A stretch of 64,000 nucleotides of DNA from Felis catus (Eukaryota), in NCBI RefSeq assembly GCF_018350175.1, contig NC_058373.1, forward strand, positions 110,734,001 through 110,798,000, written 5' to 3'. The notes under the pieces were generated by a model. The model saw nothing but the letters and a program-made list of their open reading frames with translations. It was not told the DNA's origin and searched no databases. Numbering within the stretch: position 1 is the first letter of the stretch; the number at the start of each line of letters is the position of its first letter. A program made the position numbers and the translations under genes. Positions 49,600-62,772 of this stretch are shown here, in pieces.

Positions 49600-50800
49600 C
49601 AGGGACCGAGCTGCGGTGAGGCATTCTTGACGTGCCTTTCGGACTCAAAACGGCCGAGGTGACCTGCTCCAGCAGGATCGAGACCCGCGATGCCAATCAC
49701 AGCGAATGTCCTACTAGAAAGCCCCCTTTCCTGTCCGCACAATGAGGGATGGTTGGCTATGACACCGGGGTGACCCCCACCACGTGCGTCATTGAATCTA
49801 CGAACATCTAGGCGGCCGGGGAGCCGCTCGCGTGGGGCGGGACGGTCACCGTCCGGGCGGCGCGCTCGCCCCACCTGCGGGGTTAATCATTAGCGGCGCA
49901 CGATCCCCTTTACCCCGGGCTCCAGCTCGCCGCGTCGCGAAGTTTCCCCGGGTCCCCGCGGAGCCGCCGATTGCTGGATTCCAGCGGCGGGCCCGAGTCT
50001 CCACCCACTGGAAAAATTCCTGGCCCGCTCCTCCCTCTCTCCTCCCTCCCGCCGCAGCTCCGGCTGCGCTCGCCCGGCCCCGACTTCCTGCCGGGCGCTG
50101 GGAAGGCGCGCGCGGGCTGGGGTCCCCGGGGGCCGCGTCTGCAGCGGGCCGCGTCCGGGACAGCCGAGGGGCTGGGCAGTGGGCGGGAGCGGCGGGCAGC
50201 CTCAGCCACTGCCGAGAGCGACTTTCAAACTCGCGCCCGCGTCGCGGCCGCACCTGGGCAGCCTCTCGCGCCGAGCGTGCCGGACCCAGCGGGGCGGCGA
50301 CCGTGCGGTGAGTGGCCCTCGCTTCTCCCCTCTCCCTCCGCCAGTGGCAGCGCCTAGAGCCCCTCCGAGACCCCCCTCTCCCCACTCCCGGGCCCTCGCT
50401 CCAGCCCCCCGCGGGGTGAGGACTCGGGGCGGCTGAGGAGGGCCCGGGGCCGCGTTGGCGCCTTCCAAGGCGACCTCCCGGCAGAGGACCGGAGCGCGGG
50501 AGGCCTCGTGCACGGAGACATTTTCTGTCCTGTAGCCCCCACCCCGGAAACAAAAGGAGCGAGCGCGCCAGGTGGCTCCGGGAGGCCCCGTTTGAAAGCG
50601 GGGAAGCCCGCGAGGCTGCGCCCACGGCTCCCCCTGCGCGCTCGGTCGCCCTAGGGCTGGCCCTTGCCTCGGACTGTGGGCCCCGGGCCGGGTGGACCCT
50701 TTTGCGGAATGACCCCAACCTTTGGTCCAGGGAGCCCAAGGGGCGCCAGCAGCCTGTTCCGGGTTGGTGCCACACGGTGCTCGCTGTTGGGAATCTCTCC
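49600..50800 (+). promoter_or_regulatory. CpG-island promoter
   Basis: Very GC- and CpG-dense, repeat-free; GC boxes, ETS-like ACTTCCTG, E-box CACGTG at 49781-49786, HNF1-like site at 49882-49894. Confidence 0.9.
50180..50307 (+). other. PLEKHG3: Non-coding (5'UTR) first exon, probably PLEKHG3 (RhoGEF); start approximate
   Basis: 'actttcaaactcgcgcccgcgtcgcggccgcacctgggcagcc' matches my recollection of the human PLEKHG3 5'UTR (unverified); strong donor GCG|GTGAGT at 50307/50308; no ATG in the exon; no coding exon 2 seen before the window ends. Confidence 0.6.
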
Positions 50801-53019
50801 TCCTGTACTGAAGGGATTAGAGGGGGTGCCAGAAATGAGGTGTCGGGAGCCGAAGGCATAGAAGCCACTGGCTGCCACTGTCTACCTCGACCTCACCCAC
50901 TCCTGAAATCTGTTTGGTTAATTTCCTCTCTTCTCAGCTCTTTGGTTTGGAAAGCTAGGATAAGACGTGCAAACTTGAAATTTCGGGACATTTTTCGGTA
51001 GCTACTTTTACTCCTTGGCGCTGCTTTTGAAAACAAAAGGAAGAACGGAGTGGGAAATGTACTGGTAGGAGGCTGGAGAGGTGTGGCCCGGGGTGGGGGT
51101 GGGGAGGCGGTCTCAGTGGCCACGGCAAGGGTTTCATTCTTGAGGCCATTTGCTAAACTGTTGGCTGATGAAGGAGGCTGTCTTCTGCTCCGGAGCCCCT
51201 CGTGAGGCGACTCAGACTGCATCATACTACATTGAACCCTAGACTGGGGGTTCCCAGAGTCTCCCCAGCCCTGCCTCTTCATGCAGCCCAATCACATCGA
51301 CCTTGCTTAAGAAATAGTAAGCAGGGAGAGTAATGACAGCCCAGGAGGACTTCCCCTTTGAGCACATCGCTTGCTTTCCTTTTTGGAAAGTGCCTTTCTA
51401 GCACCTTCCTTGCTGGACTGAGAGTGGAGTCCTGATTGACTTCAGCTGGGAATGACTTCATTCCAACCATCCCCAGCAGAAAACCTAGAGAGTAAGAATC
51501 CAAGGAAGATGTACCCCTTCTGCTATTCATCCCTTCCCGTGATCCTGGGGTGCCTCGTCTCGTCCTTCTAAGCCTGCTGTTAATACTCCTGCTGCTGCAC
51601 CCTTTCCCTTCCCTGAGGGCAGGGCAACCCCTTGGCTCCCTGGATATCCTGCTCTGGGTAAACCAAGTCCTAGAAGCAGAGGGAGTGCTTTAAAAGCTGT
51701 TTTGCGGGGCTTTTCCACTGCCTTTTAGTAGACGTGGCCTATTAAGGAGAGTGGAAAGAGCACTAGCCTTGGAGTCCACTTGATCTTAGCCAAGGCCGAC
51801 AAGCGATGGCCTTGGAGTCCAGCACAGGATTTTGCTTGAGTTTTAATCCTGGCTCTACTGCATAGCATTAAAGATTGGTAGAGTCGCTTGAGCTGGAAGG
51901 CACCTCTGACTAGCCTGCTCTATCTACACATGAAGGCAGCAGAGCCCAGAGATGTGAGGTGGTTTGAGCCTTATCCCTGTTGGCCAGATAGGGACTAGAA
52001 CTCAGATTCCTTCTTTGGCTAATCCATGCTTTCTCCAACATGACCTGGGCATGTCACACATCTTTCAGACTCCCGTTTCCACTGGAGTAAAGTGGGGAAC
52101 TTGCCTGCGTTTCCTATAGAGGCTGTGGTAAGGATCAGATGAAGCCAGAGACGTGGAAAGTGCTCCATGAGCTCCTGTACAAAATAAAGAGCTCCCTGTG
52201 ACTGGGAGGAACTCTCAAGAGCTTTACAGTTACTGGATATGTCCCATATGTGCCATAGGAGATGGCAGATACCAGGATCCTATGGTGGAGGTTTACATCC
52301 GTGGCCTGTGATATCAGCTCCAGGGTAAACATTTGGCTTACCAAATCCACAGCTAACCCAGGGTCACTGTGTTTACACAGGAGGAGGCCAAAGGCCATGG
52401 CCTGAGTGATGACCAGGGCTGTAGGGGAACAGGGACTGTGTTCCAGACTTGTGGCTGGCCCTTTCACCTCCCCCCGGCTCCCAGAACTTTGTGAAGGCTC
52501 TGGCTCCAAGCCTGGAGGGGTTGCCACAAGCCCAGGCCCCGGTGCTGACTTTGGAGGGTTAATTGTGGCGCCATCTAGCTATTCTCTGTTGTGTTGGGGG
52601 TTGAGGGGACTCTTGGCTTTGGGAGGGTGTTGCCTTTGCAGCTGCACTGAGGGGCCTCTTCAGCTCCTCATTTGCCTCCCTCCCCCCACCCCAGGCTGCC
52701 CTTCTGGCCCAGGCCTCTGCTCTGTGCCGCCTCTCTGGCCAGCTGCGTGTCCATAGGCCTTTGTTCCAGGGCTGCCTGCCTGCCCTCCCCAGCAGAATCC
52801 CTCAGGCTGGGGCCTTGGCAGCTGGAAATCACTACTGCCAGCAGGAAAGGCTTTACTGGAGTCCACAGGGGACCTGGCAGACCTTCATTTCCTCTTAATT
52901 GGACTCCTCTTAGGGCTCCTAACTTGCTCTCTTTTTCTCATCTCACTTCTTCCCCTGAATGGATGGATCATCCTCTTTTTCTTCTTCCAGTTAGGCTTCT
53001 TAAGGTGTATTTTAAAGTA

Positions 53020-53310
53020 TTCATTTATTCAACATTTATTTGGCACCTACTGTATATGAATATGGATGCAGGGGACACAGCAGTGAACAAAGGATAACAA
53101 AAATCCTTGACCTCGTGGCACTGACTTCTAGTGGGGGAAGCCAACAGTAAAGCAAGGTAGAAAGTGAATAGAAAGCGTGTCAGCGATAAGCAGAAACATG
53201 GATAGGGAAGGTGGATGCACATTACCGTGGAAGGGGTGAGATGGCATTTTTAGATGGGGTGGCCTGGGAAGCCTCCTGAACAAGGGATATTTGAGATAAT
53301 GCCTGAGGGA
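53020..53310 (-). mobile_element. L2 3' fragment
   Basis: 'ttcatttattcaacatttatttggcacctact...ggggacacagcagtgaacaa'; further L2 remnants at ~1450-1515, 14290-14420, 24100-24710 and 63480-63745. Confidence 0.75.
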
Positions 53311-56300
53311 AGTATTTCCCTTTGTCTCTTTGCTTGAAACCCAGTTAAGCAACCCACTGTGGAACTGAGGGGCCGGGTTTGGAATTGGGTGCACCTGGAT
53401 TTGGATCCCAGCTTTCCAGCTTGCTAGCCCTGCGGTGCTAACCTCTAAGTCTATGTTTCTCACCTGTAAAATGGCATTAGTCATCATTACTACCACGTAC
53501 GGTATTGTGTGACCATGAACAATGAGAACCAATGTTCAGTGCTTCGCACAGCCTACAGAGGTGTTCAATACATGATAATCTTATTATTTCTCCAAACAAA
53601 TTGTGCAGGGGTAGTCCAAGATATTAAATGCCATCGCCAAGGACTCTGGATGAAAGGCTTTGCATTTCAAGTGTTAGGCAGGGGTGGGGAATTGGAGGGA
53701 GGTAAAAACAGAAACCTTGGTTAGCGCAGGCTTTCTCTTTAGTGAGACTTTTCTACCCTATCCTAGGTTCCCGATGGTGGGGTTGAGGATGCTGGACTCC
53801 CAGGTGTGTGCCTCTTTCCCAGGCGACGGGTGAGCTGGGGGTAGCCCTGGCCCTCCCTTGCTCTGGAAATCCCCCTGCTTTTAAACAGCCCTGATGAATC
53901 ACACCGTGGTCCTTGGCCTCTCCGCCCTGCCTCACAGCTGGGAAGGCTATCCGCCCCTCTCCCAGGGTCCTGTAGATAACTTATGTTCCAAGAGGGAGTG
54001 AAAGGGGTGGGGAAGATGAGGGAAGGGGAGGGGAGGGGAGGGGAGGCCTGGGCAGATTGCGTAGGTGGCAAGAGGATTGTGACGGGGGCTTATCTTGGGT
54101 TCTGCCTGGACTCTAACTGTTCAGCTCTGTGCTGCATCCGCCCGGCTAGTCTGAGGAGTCTCTCTTAGCTGGAACCACGGACCTCAAAGGGAGGGGCCTG
54201 ATCTAAGACTGCTGTCAAAGCTGTGGTGAGCGGTTTCCTGGGGGCCCTGCCCTGGCTCAGGAAGCAGGGATGGGCTGTGGGGGGTGAGGCCCAGGGAAGT
54301 GGTCATCAGCCAGACCACACCCCCTGAGGGCCCTGTGGCACACGCAGGACAGCAGGCAGGCCCTGTGGTGACGGGGTTTTCTGGGCCTGCCAATTGGTGC
54401 CTAGAGGCTGCATAAGGCTGGTTATAATCTGGCCTCAGAGAAAGTTGCAAACAGGCATTTTTGTGATTTGGGGTGGCCGTAAGTCAGGAGAAGGAAAACC
54501 GGGCAGGGCCCTGTACCCCATGATCAGAAGGAGGTGCATCGAGATGCTAGCAGCCGCTCTGGGGGTTAGCTGCCCGGGATGAAGGCCTGTCTTGTGAACT
54601 GGGTCTCTCTGCTCTTTGCTCCTCATTTTGATTAGAAGCTCTCTGAGGAGAGAGTGCTTGATTTATCTTTGTTCCTGTATAACAGAACCGTATAAAGTGT
54701 AATCAACAGGGTGTGATGAGCTTGTGCCGAGGTCCCGTCCTGAGCATAATCTGGGCTTGGTGGTCTCGTTTGCTCCTGGTTTTGTTCCATGGGATTTGGG
54801 AGAAGAAGGCAGCGGCGGGGGTCAGGGCCCACCTGGGTAGGCTGTTGCCATCTGGGAACACAGGCAAAGGGAGAGCCGCACTTTTTATGGTTGTCTTGCT
54901 GGCCTTTGGGGAGGGAGCCCTGGTTTAAGCTCGGGAAATGGGTTTTTAAGGACTCTCTGCTTCCTGCTGAGCAGATTGTGGGGCTGGACACAGGTCCTGA
55001 CGAAGGTTCCAGTGGGCGCAATGGTGGCCGTCCATGCAACCTTTTGGGAAGCACAGTCTGAGAGTCCTTGAAGTTGCTTCAAGGACTTATTGCTGGGGTC
55101 CGGCTAAGAATAGAGGGAGGGATGTTAGAGGAGTAAAGTCTAGTTCTTACTGTGTAACAGCATCTCAAGAGGAGAGCTGGAACTACAGGTATTGGAAGCT
55201 CTCAAAAATCCATATCCTTTACTCCCCAGGCTGCAAGACTGTGTGTGTGTGTGTGCGCGCGCATGTGTGTGCGAAAATTGGAGGTTCTTGAGCAACATTT
55301 GGCAAGTGTTGACAAGAAAAGGGAACCAGTATTCATGTAGCCTCTCTCTGTCCTGCACATTGCTACATCCCAATTCCTGCACATTGCTTCCTGCATCGTA
55401 GGATTCCAATAAACACTTGCTGTATAAGTAAATATTTGCTGCTGTGTAATGAAACCTTAGGAATTAAAAGAAATTTTCACATTCTTCACAAATGTTCTAT
55501 TCCTGTCTAAAAATGCCTAGGATATTTGGGGAAGTTAACCTGTGGTCAGCTGCTGTGACGGAGGGGCAGGCAGCTCTGTATTCCCGCAGCCTGGAAAAGT
55601 GGAAGGGTGCTGACTGGAGTCCCTGGGACCAGTCCTGCCAGGCCCGTGGCAGGATTTGCCCCCATGCAAAGTGGACAGAAGGGGTGCTTGTGGTTTTGAA
55701 TATAGTTCATCCCATGATATGTCCCATAATATCCCACAGAAGGCAGTGGGTCCCCTCTTGTGTGCTCCTCAGGACTTGTCCTACCTGTGGTCCTGCTTAT
55801 CTGCATATAGTCAAGACCTCTAATCAGCCAGGACTCCAGTTCCTACGTTTTTCTTCACACCAGCCCCCTCAGACTCTGTTTAACTTTTATGTATATGTTG
55901 TGTCATCCCGTTTCCAAGCCGACAGCTGAAAGGAAGCAGCAAAGGAAAGGCTGTAAAGAGACCAGCATAGAGAGGACAAATGCCCACGGAGCAACTGGGA
56001 GTTGACAGTAAGAGTGGACAGAGGTCGGAACGGCAGGAAGGGCAAGTACCTGCGTAAGGGCCGGGATCTCTTTAGGAGGAATGACCCTTAGGCAGGTGGT
56101 CATCATTTTGATAAGTGATGCTCTGCTGGTAATTGTGACCTTGAGTCGTCCAGAAAAGGTTAAATGATGTTCCCTTGACCGTTTAGGAAGGCATGCAAGG
56201 AAGCGTGTAACATTTGTAAAAGATTCCCAACCAGATTGACTACAACTTTTAAAAGTGTTGATACTTGAGTAATAATATCACTACTCCTCTGGACAAAGGC

Positions 56301-57171
56301 AGAATAAGTGGTGTTACCCACTGCCACAGATAAGGAAACGCAGTCCACCCAAGGTTGGAAATGTGTCCAGGAGCACTCAGCCAAGACTTGGCAGGGATGA
56401 GATTTGAATTTTTGAGTGACCCTGGGGCACAGGTGCACCGCTTTATCCAAGACTTTTTTAAAACTCTCTTGAGTTTTTTGGCTTTTTGGACAGCCCTCTC
56501 TTCAGGGGGGTCCATCGGCTAGTCAAGTAAAGCAGGTCCAGCCCTAATTCAGCTGCGCCCAGATGGCCTGCCAGGTATCCCAAAGGGCACTCGTCTTAGA
56601 AACAAGAATGCTTTCAGTACAGTTACAATTTAAGCATCCGCCTGGGTGCCACACAGCACTTTCAGAGGCCAGAAAATGACAGGGAGGAAGGAGCTGCAGT
56701 TTCAAACATCCCAGGCCTCTTTCCCAGGGAAGCTTTGTTCCTTTGTTTTGGTTCTGGATGCTGCTGAAAGGTGCTTCCGTGTGTGGCCTTGGTGCCGGTT
56801 GTTCTAGTCAGTCTTCAGGTGACGGGCCCGCCTCTGCCTTGGAACCCTGACCCAGCTCCGCTGTGTTCCCACTGTGCAGACCCGGCAAGTGGTAATTGTA
56901 TCATCCTTACCTCTCTCATTTATTGCGGAGATAGAATGTTACAGATGCAATCTCTTGGGGAAATTTTCTTCCCTCCTTCCCCAGAAGTAAAATTCTCCCG
57001 ACTATGATGTTTATTATTCCTTTGCATGTTTTTATACTTTACACTGTTGTCTATAAGTAGCATATGGTATTGTGTTGTTTTAATTTTGACCTATATAGCA
57101 TCACGTTCAATGTGTTCTCCTTGAACTTGAATTTTTTATCCAACATTGTTACCTAGATTTACCCATGTGTG

Positions 57172-58165
57172 TTTTTTTTATTAATGTTTATCTTATTGAG
57201 AGAGCAAGCAGGGATGGGCAGAGAGAGAGGGAGAGAGGAATCCCAAGTAGGCTCAACGCTGGTATTGCAGAGCCCCACGTGGGGCTCAGTCTCACAAACT
57301 GTGAAATTGTGACCTGAGTGGAAACCAAGAGTTGGACTTTAACCGATTGAGCCACCCAGGCGCTCCCGTATTGGTATATTTAAATCTCATTTATTCATTC
57401 ATCGCTTGTGTGGTATCTGTTGTAGAACTGTATCACCTTGCACTTACTGATGGACATTTTTTTCACCACTGCAAATGATACCGTGTTGAACACGCATGTC
57501 AGTCTTCTCTCCCAAGTACGTCAGCAGTGCGATTACTGGGTCATAAGTTGTGCTTTTCAAGATACTGTGAAACTGTCCCCAAATGATTTGTAAACAACTT
57601 ATATTCTTACCAGAAATAAGAGAACTCCTATTTCGCTAACTTTTTTTTTTTTTGTCTTTCAATCTGGTAGGTATGAAATGGTATTTTAAAATTATTTTTT
57701 AAAAAGTGTTTTCTTTTTTTCTTTTTTTTTTATGTTTATTTATTTAGAGAGAGAGAGAGAGAGAGAGCATGTGTGGGCACACACGATTGCATATGGGGGA
57801 GGGGCAGAGAGAGGGGGAGAAAGAGAGTCCCAAGCAGGTTCCTTGCTGTCAGTGCAGAGCCCAACGTGGGCCTGGATCCAGGAACCAGGAGATCGTGACC
57901 TGAACTGATATCAATTCAGATGTCCAACCAACTGAGCCACCCAAGTGCCCCAATAAAAGGGTTTTTAAAATTAACACTTTGGGGTGCCCGGGCGACTCAG
58001 TCGGTTAAGCGTCTGGCTCTTGATGTTGGCTCAGGTCATGATCTCACAATTGATGGGATCAAACCCCTATTTGGGCTCTATCCTGACAGCGAGGAACCTG
58101 CTTGGGATTCTCTCTCCCCCTTTCTCTCTATCCTTCTTGTACACACTCGCTCTCTCAAAAGAAAT
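57172..58165. mobile_element. Three Can-SINEs (- 57172-57367; - 57712-57951; + 57981-58165) within an old minus-strand L1 remnant
   Basis: SINE heads and tails; TSD aaaatt(a/t)acacttt around the last copy. Confidence 0.88.
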
Positions 58166-58651
58166 AAAATTTACACTTTGATTACAGGTAGGGATGGACA
58201 CTTTTCCTGTTTATTGGCCAATCGTGTTATTGTATGAGTCTTTGCCCTTTACGTTAAAAAATCTTTGTATTTAACTGGATAATATATCCGCATGATTCAA
58301 ACTGCAAAAGAGAACACAGTGAAAAGTTTCCCATGCGTACCCCCCACGCCTCTCCCACGTGCTATCGGTTCTTGTATACTTTTCCAGAGTTTTAATTGCC
58401 ATTGTCTTTTAGGAGTTAAAAGATATATATGTTAAATAACTAATCTTTGGTATATTATATTCGTTACATAGAGCTGTGGGTTATCTTAACTTTATTAATA
58501 ATGTCAGTTTTCATAAGGAAGTTTTAATTTTAATGTCAGATTTACCAATCTTTTGTTTATACTTTGTCTCTTGTTCAAAAAATCCTCTCCTGCTCTGATT
58601 TTATAAATATATTATTTTAAATTTAAGTTTTGCTTCCCATGCTTACATTTT

Positions 58652-58855
58652 CAACGTTTATTTTATTTTTGGGACAGAGAGAGACAGAGCATGAACGGGG
58701 GAGGGGCAGAGAGAGAGGGAGACACAGAATCGGAAACAGGCTCCAGGCTCCGAGCCATCAGCCCAGAGCCCGATGCGGGGCTCGAACTCACGGACCGCAA
58801 GATTGTGACCTGGCTGAAGTCGGACGCTTAACCGACTGCGCCACCCAGGCGCCCC
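58652..58855 (-). mobile_element. Young Can-SINE without a polyA tail
   Basis: Perfect 17-bp TSD tcccatgcttacatttt at 58635-58651 and 58856-58872. Confidence 0.96.
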
Positions 58856-59003
58856 TCCCATGCTTACATTTTAAATTCATTTTAAATTTTATATGAAATT
58901 GGATCTCAGCTCTGGCTCCACACTAAAGCCTTATGAGGAGCTTTAAAAAGAAAGTACTGATGTCTGAGTATCACCTCAGATAAGACCAATAAAATAATAT
59001 CTT

Positions 59004-59210
59004 GGGGCACCTGGGTGGCTCAGTCAGTTGAGCTTTTGACTTCGGCTCAGGTCATAATCTCACAGCCTGTGAGTTTGAGCCCTGCCTCGGGTTCTGTGCT
59101 GAGAGCTTGGAGCCTGGAGCCTGCTTCAGATTCTGGGTCTCCCTCTCTGTCTGCCCCTCCCCCGCTTGCTCTGTCTCAAAAATAAATAAAAACATTAAAA
59201 AAACAAAAAT
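59004..59210 (+). mobile_element. Can-SINE inserted in a MER5-like remnant
   Basis: Head, body and tail; flanking aatatctt repeats. Confidence 0.9.
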
Positions 59211-59404
59211 AAAAATATCTTGGGGTGGGGCCCAGGCATGGTTATGAAATGCCCTAGGTGACTTATGTCCAGGCAAGGTAGAGAACAATTCAGCCTTGTA
59301 AGATCAAACTGATTGTCTTTTTCCAGAGGAGTAGCCAAATTTTCCAGTACAAGTTATTGAAGAGTCTATACTTTTCCCACTGACTTGTTACTTTTAAGAT
59401 TCTA

Positions 59405-62180
59405 TTGACTGAGTTATAACTTTATTGAGACATTTCACATATCTTAAAATTCATCTATGTAAGGTGGTTAGTGGTTTTTAGTATATTCACAGAGTTGTAC
59501 AACCATTACCACTGTCCAATCCTAAAACAGTTTATGCCCCCTCAAAAAGAAACCCTATACCTATTAGCAGTCATTTCCATTTTTTCCCATCCCTCATCCC
59601 CAGGCAACCACAAATCTCCTTTCTCTCTCTATGCATTTGCCTATTCTGGATATTTCACGTAAATGAGTCCATAAAAATGTATTTTATTATGACTAGCTTG
59701 ATGTTTTCAAGAGTCATCCATGTTGTGGAATGTTATCAGATCCTCATTTTTTTTAATTGCCAAATATTCCATTGTATGGATATACTGCATTTTGTTTATC
59801 GTTTCATCGGTTGATGGACATTTGAGCTGTTTCTGTATTTTGGCTGTTACGAATAACACCCTGTGAATGGTTATGTTCACCTTTTGTATGGACATATATT
59901 TTCAGTTCTGTTTAGTATATACCTAGGAGTAGAATTGCTGGGCCATATGGTAACTCTTTAGCTTTTTGAGAAACAGCTTAATTGTTTTCCAAATAAGCTG
60001 GACTCTTTTCCCATTCTTACCAGGAGGGTGCAAAGCGTTCTAATTTCTCCACATGATCGCTAATACTTGTTGAACATTGTTTTTATTTTAGCCATCCTAG
60101 TGGTTATGGAGTGGTATTAACTATGGTTTTGATTGCATTTCCTTAATGCTTTATGATGTGGAGCATATTTTCATGTGGTTATTGGCCTTATGCATATCTT
60201 CTTTAGAGAAATGTCTATTCAAATCTTTGCCCATTTATAAATTGAGTTTTATTGTTGTTGTTAGGGTTCCTTACATATTCTAGTTATGAGTCCGTTGTCC
60301 AATATATGATTTACAACTGTTTTGTATTTTTTCCCATTTTGTAATTTGTTTTTTCTCTTTTCCTTTTTTTTTTTCACTTTCTTGAGAGTGCCCTTTGGAA
60401 CACTATAGTTTTTAATTTTGGTTAAGTCCAGTATATCAGTTTTATTTGTTTGTTTTGGTGCTTGTGCTTTTGGTACTTAAGAAACCATTGCTCACCCAAG
60501 TTCAGCAAGATTTCTTCCTATGTTTTCTTCTAAAATTTTACAGTTTCTGGTCTTACATTTAGATCTGTGATACGTCTTGCCTTAGTTTTTGTGTATGGTG
60601 TAAACCAGATGTCCAGACTCATTCTTTTGCATGTGAATATCCAGTGGTCCTAGTATTACTTGTTGAAAGTCTCTTCCTGTCGAATTGTCTTAGTACCCTT
60701 GATGAAAATCAGTTGGCTCTAAATGTGAGGTTTTGTTTCTGTACTCTCAATTCTATTAATCTATATGTCTGCCTTTATGCCAGTATAGCCAGTCTTAGTA
60801 AGTGTAGCTTTGTAGTTAGTTTTGAAATCAGGAACTGTGAGTCTTCCAATTTTGGTCTTTTTCAGGATTGCTTTGGTTATTCTGGGTCTCTTGCTTTTCC
60901 AGAGGAATTTTAGGATCAGCTTGTCAATTTCTGCAAAAATCCAGCTGAGATTGTCACAGAGATTGTGTTGAGCTGTACATAGATTTGGGGAGTATTGCCA
61001 GTTTAGCAATGTTAAATGTTCTGATGCATTAGAACATGAGTTGTCTTTCCATTTATTCAGATCTTCTTTAATTCTTTCAACAGTGTTTTGTGGTTTCCAG
61101 TACACAAGTCTTGCATTTTCCTTGTTACATATATTCCAGACCACTTTATGCTTTTTGCTATTATAAATGGTATTGTTTCATTTCTTCATTTCATTTTTGG
61201 ATTGTTCACTGCCAATGTATAGGACTAGAATTGATTTTTATGTGTTGATCTTATATTCTGGCCTGTTGCTGAACTCTTTCATTAGTAGTAATGGTTTTAC
61301 AGTGGATTTCTTAGGGTTTTCTATGTACAAGATCGTGTCATCTGTGAACAGAGATAGCTTTACTTCTTCCTTTTTTTAGTCTGAATGTCTTTTATTTCTT
61401 TTTCCTGCTTAATTGCCCTGATTACAACTCTAGTACAGTGTTGAATAGAAATGGCATGAGGGGAAATCCTTGTCTTGTTCTGATCTTAGGGGAAGAGCAG
61501 TCAGTTTTTCTCCATTAAGTACGAAGTACCTATAGGTTTTTTGTAGATGCTCTTTGTAAGGATGGGAATATTCCCTTCTATTCCTAGTTTGTGAAAGTGT
61601 TTTTATTATGGAAAGGTGTTAGATTTTGTCAAATATTTTTTTCTGGGTCTACTGAGATTATCAGGTGGTTTTTGTACTTTATTAATATCTTGACTTTTGG
61701 ATGTTAACCCAATCTTGTATTTCTGGGATAAATCATATGGTCATAGTGTATACTCTTTTATGTGTTACTGAATTCAATTTGTTAGTATTTTGTTGAGGAT
61801 TCTTGCATCTTTATTTATTAGGGATTTTAAACTATAGTTTCCTTGTGATGTCTGGTCTTGATATTGGAGTAATACGACCTCTAGAATGAGTTGGGAAGTG
61901 TTCCTTCCTCTTTTATTTCTGGAAGAGTTTGTAAAGAATTGGTATTAATTCTTCTTTAAGGTTTGGTAGAATTCATCAGTGGGGCCCTCTAGTCCTGGGC
62001 TTTTTTTTTTTATTGAGAATTTTAAAATTACTAGTCAGTCTCTTTACTTGTGAACAGTTCTTGTCAGATTTTCTATTTCTTCCTGAGTCAGTCATTGATT
62101 TGTGTCATTTAGGAATTCGTTTGTCTAAGTTATCTAATTTATTGGCATATAGTTGTTTGTGGTATTTCCTTATAATCCTT
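59405..62180 (-). mobile_element. Ancient LINE-1 (~2.8 kb, 3'UTR plus decayed ORF2), antisense to the gene
   Basis: Peptides [10 protein letters not shown] and [24 protein letters not shown]...[11 protein letters not shown] (ORF 60761-61144) are L1 ORF2-like; multiple stops and frameshifts. Confidence 0.9.
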
Positions 62181-62255
62181 GAAGATATTTATTTTCCGTC
62201 TTCAGTGTTCTCCATTTTTACTATGCACGACATAGCTAAATGTAGCCTTCTTTTA

Positions 62256-62492
62256 TTTTATTATTATTATTAAAAAATTTTTTTTTTCTAATGTGTATTT
62301 ATTTTTGAGAGAGACAGAGACAGCATGTGAGTGGGTTAGGGGCAGAGAGAGAGGGAGACGCAGAAGTAGAAGCAGGCTCCAGGCTCTGAGCTGTCAGCAC
62401 AGAGCCCGACGTGGGGCTCGAACTCATGAGCTGTGAGATCATGACCTGAGCCGAAGTCTGACGCTCAACCGACTGAGCCACCCAGGCGCCCC
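62256..62492 (-). mobile_element. Can-SINE
   Basis: TSD tgtagccttctttta at 62241-62255 and 62493-62507. Confidence 0.95.
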
Positions 62493-62772
62493 TGTAGCCT
62501 TCTTTTAAATGTAACTTGTGTGTGCTTTCAATCAGAGGACAAATGTCTACCTTCTGTTCTGGAAAATTCATGTATGTTCCATCGTTGAAAATTGCCTCTC
62601 TCCCATTTTCCTTTTTGTTCTGGAACTTTCTGGATCTCTCTGTTCATATTTTCTATCTTCTCTTTTTGCACTGAAATCAGGATGACTTACTCAGGTTTTT
62701 TTTTTTTTTTCTTTACATGTTACTAATTCTCTAGCTGTGTTTAATTTTGTTTAACCTACCTATTGGGTTTTA

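Noticed and set aside
49832..50868. Long overlapping ORFs (up to 340 aa) on both strands
   Set aside because: Low-complexity R/G/A/P translations expected from stop-poor CpG-island DNA; no recognisable domain
15937..55390. Isolated 11-14 bp tandem or near-tandem duplications (~15937, ~40205, ~51767, ~55351)
   Set aside because: Ordinary slippage duplications; no regular repeat-spacer array
1861..62571. Recurrent 'AQSVERPTSAQVMISR...LSLSQK' peptides resembling a gene family
   Set aside because: Translations of Can-SINE copies, not genes
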